A stretch of DNA of 64,000 nucleotides from Dehalococcoidia bacterium. Lineage in GTDB: Bacteria > Chloroflexota > Dehalococcoidia > Lucifugimonadales > UBA3495. The DNA is taken from contig CBDCFD010000007.1 in NCBI GenBank assembly GCA_965216155.1, positions 528,526 to 592,525 of the forward strand. The letters run 5' to 3'. Below are positions 28,958 through 36,676 of the stretch, piece after piece. The position numbers and the translations under genes are program-made. A model generated the notes under the pieces. That model made no database searches. It was not told where the DNA came from and saw only the letters and a program-made list of their open reading frames with translations. Position 1 is the stretch's first letter, and each line of letters opens with the position of its first letter.

Positions 28958-30052
28958 CTAGTGTCCTGTATTCAAAGTTCGCTGGCAAAAGCGGGCGACG
29001 TTGGCCAGGATTTGGTCGGCGGTCTTGGTCCAGACAAAAGGTTTGGGGTCTTCGTTGGTGACGTCCAGGTAGCGGTAGATGGCAGTCTCCAGTTCGGCGC
29101 TGCTCTGATGCACGCCGCGGCGCAACTGCTTTTCGGTGAGCAGACCGAACCAGCGCTCCACCAGGTTCAGCCAGGAGGCGCTGGTGGGTGTGAAGTGCAT
29201 ATGGAAGCGGGGCCGCTTGGCAAACCAGTTCCGGATCAGCGCCGTCTTGTGGGTGGCGTAGTTGTCCGCGATCAGGTGGACGTCGAGGTCGGCGGGCACC
29301 TCGGCCTCGATGGTATCGAGGAATTTGCGGAACTCCACGGCCCGGCGCCGTTGGTGGCAACGACCAATCACCTTGCCGGTCCTGGTGTCTAAGGCGGCGA
29401 ACAGCGAAGTGGCGCCGTGACGCAGGTAATCATGGGTGCGCCGTTCCACTTGTCCCGGGCGCATGGGCAATAGCGGACGGGTGCGATCCAACGCCTGGAT
29501 CTGGGACTTCTCGTCCACGCACAGGACCAACGCCCGATCCGGTGGATTCAGGTATAGCCCTACAACGTCCCTGACCTTCTCGATGAAGAAGGGGTCCGAC
29601 GACAACTTGAAGGTCTCCGTGCGGTGGGGCTGCAATCCGAAGGCCCGCCAGATGCGGCTGACCGTGTTGTGGCTCAGCCCGCTGCGCTGGGCCATGGACC
29701 GGGTGCTCCAATGGGTCGCGTCCCGGGGCGCGGTCTCCAGCGTCAGCGTAATAACACGCTCCACGTCGTCATCGGTAACCGCTCGAGGCCGTCCGCTGCG
29801 CGGTTCGTCCGGCAGTCCGTCCAGCCTCCGTTCCAGGAAGCGAGAACCCCACTTCCCCACCGTCTCATCGGACACTCCCAGGTCGGTGCCCACCGTGGTA
29901 TTGCTGCGGCCTTCGGCACAGCCCAAAATCATTCTGGCCCGCAGCGCCAAAGCTTGCGCCGTTTTCGGACGACGAACCCACCGTTCCAAGGTTTCACGCT
30001 CCACGTCATCCAAAATTAGCGGCGGCATTGGTCGTCCGATTGCCATGGTCAT
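28958..30052 (-). CDS. IS630-family DDE transposase
   Basis: 364-aa intact ORF: HTH region, LCVDEKSQIQAL, HLIADNYATHK, FTPTSASWLNLVERWF. Confidence 0.9.
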   Translation of the reverse strand: MTMAIGRPMPPLILDDVERETLERWVRRPKTAQALALRARMILGCAEGRSNTTVGTDLGVSDETVGKWGSRFLERRLDGLPDEPRSGRPRAVTDDDVERVITLTLETAPRDATHWSTRSMAQRSGLSHNTVSRIWRAFGLQPHRTETFKLSSDPFFIEKVRDVVGLYLNPPDRALVLCVDEKSQIQALDRTRPLLPMRPGQVERRTHDYLRHGATSLFAALDTRTGKVIGRCHQRRRAVEFRKFLDTIEAEVPADLDVHLIADNYATHKTALIRNWFAKRPRFHMHFTPTSASWLNLVERWFGLLTEKQLRRGVHQSSAELETAIYRYLDVTNEDPKPFVWTKTADQILANVARFCQRTLNTGH

Positions 30053-30125
30053 CCTCCTCTGGGCTGCTAACCCGGAGGATACCTCATCGCGAATACTATT
30101 ACAATGAACTTCAGTTACACCACAC
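28961..30125 (-). mobile_element. IS630-family insertion sequence, complete, with a TA target duplication
   Basis: Imperfect terminal inverted repeats GTGTCCTGTATTCAAAGTTC / GTGTGGTGTAACTGAAGTTC (14 of 20 matching). Flanking TA at 28959-28960 and 30126-30127. Confidence 0.85.
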
Positions 30126-30534
30126 TAGACATAGTGGGGGAAACTCTGGAACAGAACGGGGTGGAGATCAGGCGGTACTTCATGGACCACGGGATGCACA
30201 ACCACTGGGCACCGAATAACGAGGAGGAGACATGAGCCGCAGCGGCCGGAAGCGAACAGCCCAGGAATCCACAACCATAAAAACCAAACCTGCACAAAAA
30301 ATGGGGGATTAAAATCAATTTTGTGCAAAGCCCCCACCATGCATATTTCAGCAACGAAATTGATTTGGATCTTGCCCGCCGGAACTCGCGTTCTTTTCGC
30401 CGCCTGTGCCACGCGGTGGAACAGTTAGTAGATGCCATGGACCAGGCCGTTCTCTCATAGCCCTAGCTGATTTCATCCCTGAGGGGCGTTCCGCACCCAT
30501 AATCCTTCCACGGCTTGCTGAATGACACCACTCT

Positions 30535-32006
30535 ATGCCCAAGGATCGCGCCATGAAGCAGATAGGACAACTCGGGGCACCATTGCTTAGTTATGAGGGG
30601 GTAGGAGACGTCACAGTCGAGGAAGACGGCAACAGACTGGAAAGCCGGGGGTACTTTGAGGCATCCCATCTTTCGTCCGGTCGAGTGGCCGTGGGTTTCG
30701 TTCCAAATGACCGCAGGCGTACTTCACGGATTGAACTCCAGACTGATCCCAATTGCGAGCTTTCATTTATTGGACAAGACTTCGACGGCTGGAATCTCAA
30801 GACCATAGGCCCAACGCTATTCTCGAGGGTAAGCCGGCTGCCCAAGGATCGCGCCATTAGGACAACGGCTGGAATCTCAAGACCATAGGCCCAACGCTAT
30901 TCTCGAGGGTAAGCCGGCTGTTTATGCCTGTAGCTGTACGCCCCACTGCGCTCAATTTCAGTGCTCAATACATCGAAGCTTCGCGTAGGGAAGCATCGGC
31001 AGCTGGCTACCACAAGTCCCGTTTCTTAGTTTCGAACCTGCTTTGGGACAACAACTCTGGGCAGGAACCAGAACCCTTTAATCTTGAGGTTCCCGACTTC
31101 GAAGTAGAAATCATGCCTGTCGATGACTATACAGAAGTCGCCCATCGACTACGGAATATGCATGGCGTAGGGCCAACCGCTCATGTTTGGATCAGGAGTT
31201 AACATGAAGAACTCCTGCCATTGCAAAGCTACAGGGGCTTCCTGGACAACCTTATGTACGTCTTTCGCTTGGTTACTGGAAACCAAGTCAACTGGTACTA
31301 CGGAGAGGCCATCGACGAAAAATCTATGAGACCGGTAGAGAGGGTTCACAAGTATGCCTTGACCCGCCCATATTCCAATACCATCAGATTTCGACCCTTG
31401 GAAAGCGGCATGATGAGCGCGGTCCCAAAGTTGAGCCCGTCCGAGCTCGCGAGGGCATTCTTCGGAGATTCCAGACAAAACCTAGACCAAACAGCGGTGA
31501 AGGTGTTGATAGACCAATTTACCATGGGTTGCGACGAGACCTCATATTTGGAATCGAAAGGGCTATTAGCATCAAGTCTAACTGAGTTGATAGCTTCCAA
31601 AATCGCAAATGCCAATGGCGATTCTGACGCCATTTCTCATCGTAACTTCGTTACCGAGACGTTACCGATATTGAGAGAGGCGGTCGAGAACACCAAATTG
31701 CCAAAAGAAATCAAGGAACACGTCAAGAACCAATTGCAAGGTGCATATCGGAACACGTTTCGCCACAAGCTCAAGTCGCTGAATGACCGCCTCGAACTCG
31801 GTCTGAACAGTTCCGAGATTGGCCGAGTCGTTGACGTAAGAAACTCCTTGGTCCACGAAGGAACGTATCGGTCAAATTTCGATGATGGGGGATGGGTCAA
31901 CGACTATCAATTCACGACATGGGTGAACTTTAAAGCTATTTGCCGACTCTTGGGTTACGACGGAGAACTGCCAGTTTTCGGATATGGCCAATGGCCGGAA
32001 GTCTAA
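30535..32006 (+). pseudogene. Two-domain gene with a C-terminal Rx4H (HEPN-like) helical domain. It is disrupted by an 80-nt duplication and an in-frame TAA.
   Basis: ORFs 30535-30888, 30924-31202 and 31221-32006. Removing 30841-30920 fuses the first two in frame. The second and third share a frame and are separated only by the TAA at 31200-31202. The motif VVDVRNSLVHEG lies near the C-terminus. Confidence 0.55.
30787..30920 (+). repeat. Tandem duplication (54-nt unit at 30787-30840 and 30867-30920) with a 26-nt filler
   Basis: The filler CCCAAGGATCGCGCCATTAGGACAAC copies the 5' end of the same gene (30539-30572) minus 8 nt. Confidence 0.8.
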
Positions 32007-32236
32007 ACGGTCTCTCCCTTCGCAAGCCGTCTTTCTGTCGGAGTGTGCGTCGCATTTATGCATCTACCGCCCACCAAACGGCCCGAACGCTTCTCCACGA
32101 AATCGTTCGCCTCCTCTGTGTTCTCCCTCCAAGCCGTCTACACCTCGATCATCTTGTCGCTCTCCCACCCAGCGACGAGCCTGATATAAAGGCGCGGCAG
32201 TTTCTGCAGAACCGTCATCGTAGAGAAGGAGTAGCG

Positions 32237-33021
32237 ATGGATGTGCATGACGTCCACCACCTTAACCCCGGCCTGGCGGCACAGTCGAGTGATTTGGAGG
32301 CCAGCACCGGAGGAGACCGTCCTGGCCAAGTACGCCGATTACTTCTCACTGAACCAGCACGACCTGGACCGGAACGGCGTCCAGACGGCCCTCTACAGGC
32401 CAAGATGATCCGGGACGTGACCCAGGGCATCGTCCCCCAGCGCCAGTGCGTGAACGGAACGGGCCCCTTCAACCTGATGAAGTCCGAGCAACTCGTCTGG
32501 GTAATCTAAACTAATATCAAGGTGAAATGCGCAGATAGTGGATGTCAAGCAGCGGCGCCGGACCATCCTCCAAGTATGTATGAGAGGTCTTCACTGGCGC
32601 AACCAGGCCAATCTTCATCGTCCCTCGAATGTACATCCCGCCTTGGCTTAGGTTTAGGATGTCGACTACATAGAGACCGTGGTCCGTCGGGAGCGCCGCG
32701 GCACCTCCCACGGCGTGCAGCATCCGGGTGGCACGGGGCCTGTACTACCGGCCCAACACCTTCCGGAGCCGCCCCATAGAATGGGAGGAGTCGGCCCACG
32801 CCGACACCGGGATGCTGGGCCTCACCACCAGGCACATCTACTTCGCCGGGAGCCGGAAGCGGTTCCGGGTAAGGTATGACCGCATCGTGGCCTTCGACCC
32901 CTACGACGACGGGTTCGGAACCATGCGTGACGCGCAGACGGCCAGGCCCCAGAGCTTCCGGACCGGGGACGGCTGGTCCGCCTACAACCTAGCGGTCAAC
33001 CTGGCACAGGTCCAGGGGTGA
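32237..33021 (+). pseudogene. Gene with a C-terminal bacterial PH-like domain, disrupted by a MITE and frameshifts
   Basis: ...GPFNLMKSEQLVWVI before the MITE. After it, DVDYIETVVRRERRGTSHGV, then (shifted frame) RVARGLYYRPNTFRSRPIEWEESAHADTGMLGLTTRHIYFAGSRKRFRVRYDRIVAFDPYDDGFG. Confidence 0.5.
32506..32657. mobile_element. 152-bp MITE, copy A
   Basis: CTAAACTAATATCAAGGTG...CCTTGGCTTAGGTTTAG. Homologous along its length to 40934-41085, with unrelated flanks. Confidence 0.75.
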
Positions 33022-33265
33022 ACCACCAACTCCCCGCCCGTCTCCTTCCCCGCCAGGGGTCGCCAGCAAGACCTCGCCACGACGAAGCCCATGGGTCTCA
33101 TCCGGCCGGAAACTCCGGCCACAGGCAGGCAGCCTCCATGCCGTATTCCGGCGGCGGGATACCGCCGTCTTCGAGTCCGCAGTGGCCCAGTGGAACCAAG
33201 CCGGGCTCGCCAGGGGGACCGCCATTTGAGTGGGCGGCAAAGCCCCGCGAGAGCACACCCGGGGA

Positions 33266-33508
33266 TCAGCCGCCCACCGGCCTGAGGCGGCGCGCCAGGG
33301 CCTCAAGACCGGCGGTCCCGAGCGTCATGAGCAACACGGCCCCCAGGGTGAAGGGAGCCGTCATCATCGCCGTCAGCGCAAAGGCCTCGGGCTGAATTCC
33401 CCCAACCGGGACGTCCAGGACCCGGACCACCGCCACGAACCCGGCCCAGAGGGCCAGGAGACCCAGCCCCGCCAGGGCCACACGCGCCGTCCAACGATAA
33501 CCCTTCAT
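33266..33508 (-). CDS. Small two-TM membrane protein
   Basis: MKGYRWTARVALAGLGLLALWAGFVAVVRVL...FALTAMMTAPFTLGAVLLMTLGTAGLEALARRLRPVGG. A truncated paralogue lies at 51677-51800. Confidence 0.5.
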   Translation of the reverse strand: MKGYRWTARVALAGLGLLALWAGFVAVVRVLDVPVGGIQPEAFALTAMMTAPFTLGAVLLMTLGTAGLEALARRLRPVGG

Positions 33509-33777
33509 GCTTTCACCACCTGCGGACCATCTTGCGGTAATCCCCGCAGGGAGATTGTAGCAGGAAGGAAATGCGGGCTGGAACTGGTACAGACGGCCGG
33601 TCCGCCGAAAGCCAGGCAAAATCCGGACAGCAAAACGGACCTGCCGAGAGCATCAACAGCATCCAGGTGGTGAACCGACGCCGCGCCGCAGCCTTCCATC
33701 TCACCCCTGTTGCTGTGCAAGCTCCGAAAGCACGAGGGCGGTCCTCCGACAGGGTACAGGGGATCATGGCACACTGG

Positions 33778-33931
33778 GCAAGCCCCGCAGAAGCGGGGAT
33801 GGACCACCTGTCCCTCGCGTGACCGCGGACAACCACGAGGAAAAACCCGCGGGCGCGGGGATAAACCATGCCGAAAGACAACCTCAGGCCAGAGCCCTCA
33901 CGCTCCCCAAACCCCGCGGCAAACACAACCA
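33778..33931 (+). CRISPR. Degenerate type I-E-like mini-array: two good 29-nt repeats plus one decayed unit
   Basis: GCAAGCCCCGCAGAAGCGGGGATGGACCA (33778-33806) and GAAAAACCCGCGGGCGCGGGGATAAACCA (33840-33868) are 62 nt apart. A decayed unit ends at about 33931. Compare the E. coli-type repeat GAGTTCCCCGCGCCAGCGGGGATAAACCG. Confidence 0.5.
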
Positions 33932-34176
33932 CAGCTCCGAGGGATCCGAAACCAGCACGCAACCCGACGGCGCGAGCCAGGACACCCCGCAGGGGAGAAG
34001 AAGACGCCGCGGGGGCCGAAGGCCAAACTGCCATCCCCAAGGGATACACTCAACCGGTCCCGCACGTGCCGCACCTCGAGGAAACCCGCAGAAGGGCAGC
34101 TGGAACAGGGGAGAAAACAACAGCCCCGGGAGTAAAATCACCCGGAGCAGACCCAGCAGAGGAGGCCGGAGCAGAG

Positions 34177-35478
34177 ATGACCGGACACAGACCGGGGGCG
34201 GACCAGAGTCCGGACTCCAACGACCCCTTCGGGGTATCCAAGTTCTCGCCAAGACGCAACACCGTCCAGATAACCCTATGCCTGGCCCTCATCCTAGGAC
34301 TGCTGGCCTGGACGACGATTCACGCCGCCCTCACGGGCAGCCCAACCGCCACCCTGGTCCCGGCCGCCGCCCTGGCGGTCGCGCTCGTCATGATCATCAT
34401 CCTAGTGCGGGTGAGCATCCGCACCGTCCAGGGGGAAATCTGGATCCGCCGGATGGGAATGGGAGACCTGGAGTACCGGGTGGAACCGACGGGCAACGAC
34501 GAGATCACCAAGGCGCTGGAGGCGCTGGAGACGCTCCGGCAGAGCTCCCTGAGGGCCATCCAGCTGGACCAAGTCCGGCTGCTATCCCAGGAGCTGCAGG
34601 AGAAGAACGTCGAGCTGGAGAGCACTCTGGAGACGCTCAGGAAAACCCAGGACCGGATCATCAGCCAGCAGAAGCTGGCGGAGCTGGGCGAGCTGTCAGC
34701 CGGCGTGGCCCACGAGATGCGCAACCCCCTCCAGTTCATCAAGAACTTCTCCATCTCCTCGGACCTGCTCATCAGAGAGCTGGAGCCCCTGCTGGAGCAG
34801 CCGGACGAGGCCAGCCGCGAGGAGGCCAGGGAACTCATCCAGGAAATATCAGAGAACCTGGAACGCGTGAACCACCACAGCGAACGGGCCAACGGGATAG
34901 TGTCGGGGATGCTGACCCTAGACCGGGGGAGCGGCGGGGGATTCAGACCGGTGGACCTCAACCAGCTGGCGGCCGAGCAGACCAACCGGGGCCATCAGGC
35001 AGTGCAGGTCCATGAACCGGGGTTCAGCGCCCGGGTGACGATGGAGGCGGACCCGGACCTGGGGGAGATCACCCTGGTGCCCGAGGACGTAGCCAGGGTG
35101 ATAGCCAACCTGGTCACCAACGCCTGCCAGGCAATGGCCGAGAAGGCCCGGGGGGCCGGCGGGGACTACACGCCCGAGCTGCTGGTCAGGACGTCGGGGA
35201 CCGGGGACGGCGTGACCATCACGGTCCTGGACAACGGACCGGGCGTCACGCCGGAGATTGAACAGAAGATGTTCAACCCGTTCTTCACGACGAGGGACAC
35301 GGGCCGGAACACCGGCCTGGGGCTCAGCCTAGCCCACGACATCGCCCGGGAGCACGGGGGGGACATCGAGGTGAGATCCGAGCCCGGAGAGTACACGGAG
35401 ATGAGGGTATTCCTGCCGGACGGACCGCCGCCCCAGCGGGAACCAGCCCTGACGGAGCCAGCCGACACGGGACCCTGA
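34177..35478 (+). CDS. Sensor histidine kinase (2 TM, HAMP, HisKA, HATPase), orphan
   Basis: Start taken at the ATG preceded by GGAGG. LAELGELSAGVAHEMRNPLQFI (H-box), NLVTNACQAM (N-box), DNGPGV, GLGLSLAHDIAREHGG. Confidence 0.85.
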   Translation: MTGHRPGADQSPDSNDPFGVSKFSPRRNTVQITLCLALILGLLAWTTIHAALTGSPTATLVPAAALAVALVMIIILVRVSIRTVQGEIWIRRMGMGDLEYRVEPTGNDEITKALEALETLRQSSLRAIQLDQVRLLSQELQEKNVELESTLETLRKTQDRIISQQKLAELGELSAGVAHEMRNPLQFIKNFSISSDLLIRELEPLLEQPDEASREEARELIQEISENLERVNHHSERANGIVSGMLTLDRGSGGGFRPVDLNQLAAEQTNRGHQAVQVHEPGFSARVTMEADPDLGEITLVPEDVARVIANLVTNACQAMAEKARGAGGDYTPELLVRTSGTGDGVTITVLDNGPGVTPEIEQKMFNPFFTTRDTGRNTGLGLSLAHDIAREHGGDIEVRSEPGEYTEMRVFLPDGPPPQREPALTEPADTGP

Positions 35479-35706
35479 GCCGCCGCAGAGGGGAGGAGCA
35501 CCGCCCAGGGGTCCCGTGATAACCGACAGGAGGATAGACCCCGGCCCCGCAGGCGCGTGGATGGACCCCGGTGGAACAACACCTAGCCGGTACTCCTGCA
35601 GGAAACCCCGCGTCTACGTGCAGTAGGCCGAACTCCAGGCCGTACCTTCGAGGTCACCTTCCCGCTGCCGGAACCGAGCAACGCAGGCGGCCGTCCTCCC
35701 AGCAGG

Positions 35707-36048
35707 GTGAAACAGGCGAGGAAGACACCACGAAAAGGCTCCGCCAGTATACCTCCCAAGAAGACGACTCCAAAGGCCCAACAGACGAAGCCCAGACCTG
35801 AACCGGTTCAAGCCGGGGAGAGTCGTCGCGAGTACGAACGCCGGAGGAAACAGACTCCAGAGCGCAGGGAGCAGCGCCGCCTCCAGGAACAGGAACGACG
35901 CCGGAAGGTGAAAGAACAGGGACTCTGTGTGATCTGCCGCTTACCGGCCATACCGGACCAGAGCCGCTGCTCGACGTGCGCCGAAAAGCACAGGGCATCC
36001 CGAAGGAGGTGGCAGGCCCAACGGAGAAGCAAGAACAAGAAGAGCTAA
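35707..36048 (+). CDS. Small basic zinc-ribbon protein, paralogue R1
   Basis: 113 aa. ESRREYERRRKQTPERREQRRLQEQERRRKVKEQGLCVICRLPAIPDQSRCSTCAEKHRASRRR. Confidence 0.6.
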   Translation: MKQARKTPRKGSASIPPKKTTPKAQQTKPRPEPVQAGESRREYERRRKQTPERREQRRLQEQERRRKVKEQGLCVICRLPAIPDQSRCSTCAEKHRASRRRWQAQRRSKNKKS

Positions 36049-36074
36049 GAAAAGAGCCGCCCAGCAAAGGGACC

Positions 36075-36650
36075 ATGCCTACGGGCAGACCACGTCCCTC
36101 TGACAACACCCCAGACCCAAGCCGCGGACCCGTCGGGATAGACCCACCAGAAACACATACTTTTTTGCAGACCATCCTGTTACCGGAGCCCATACGCAAG
36201 GGCAAGAAGGCCAAAGGCCGACCACGTCCTGAGAAAGTCAAACAGCCAGTACGAAAGGCGCGAAAGCCGAAAGAGCCTCGCAAACCCTCCACAGATCCCT
36301 CTCTCAAGAAGGAAAAACCGGACCACCCGCCGCAACCCGATGAGAACGGGCAGGAAACCAACATTGGTGGCCCGGCAGCGCATGAAGCCAAGCTACTGCA
36401 ACGCCGTGAGTACGACCGGATAAAGAACAAGAGCCCGGAGCGCAGGGAGTACCAGCGGCAACTTGCCCAGGAACAGAGACAGAGGGCCAAGGAACTCGGC
36501 AGGTGCCGGAACTGCAGCAAGCCTGCCATCCTTGGCCAAACGCGATGCCCCACCTGCGCCGAGAATCACCGGCAGTCCCGCAGGCGCAGCGACGCCAACA
36601 GAAGGGCCGCGGCTGAAGAAACAGCACCAACGGGCCAAGCAGACCAATGA
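36075..36650 (+). CDS. Basic K/P/E-rich protein with a C-terminal zinc ribbon, paralogue R2
   Basis: ...LLQRREYDRIKNKSPERREYQRQLAQEQRQRAKELGRCRNCSKPAILGQTRCPTCAENHRQSRRRSDANRRAAA. The start is uncertain; the track ORF begins at 35976. Confidence 0.55.
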   Translation: MPTGRPRPSDNTPDPSRGPVGIDPPETHTFLQTILLPEPIRKGKKAKGRPRPEKVKQPVRKARKPKEPRKPSTDPSLKKEKPDHPPQPDENGQETNIGGPAAHEAKLLQRREYDRIKNKSPERREYQRQLAQEQRQRAKELGRCRNCSKPAILGQTRCPTCAENHRQSRRRSDANRRAAAEETAPTGQADQ

Positions 36651-36663
36651 GAAGGGAACGGCG

Positions 36664-36669
36664 TATAAT
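36664..36669 (+). promoter_or_regulatory. TATAAT -10-like box 7 nt upstream of the ATG at 36677
   Basis: Same box and spacing as at 26789-26794. Confidence 0.45.
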
Positions 36670-36676
36670 CCGCGCC

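Larger units (their letters stand above)
28007..30235 (+). pseudogene. CoiA-like nuclease-family gene split by an IS630 insertion (exon-like parts 28007-28960 and 30128-30235)
   Basis: YLCLGCDEEMIPRKGQIKRHHFAHNAGSEEC (CoiA-type N-terminal zinc/HFAH motif) and RSDLVITKVDGKSPRVIIEIVVHH (D...E-x-V nuclease core). The frame continues across the insertion once the IS plus one TA is removed. Confidence 0.7.

Noticed and set aside
33868-34176. The N-terminal 103-codon extension of the histidine kinase ORF (track ORF 33868-35478).
   Set aside because: The extension is a P/R/E/A-rich translation that starts inside a CRISPR-like repeat. An ATG at 34177 with GGAGG 12 nt upstream precedes the first TM segment and gives a standard kinase architecture.
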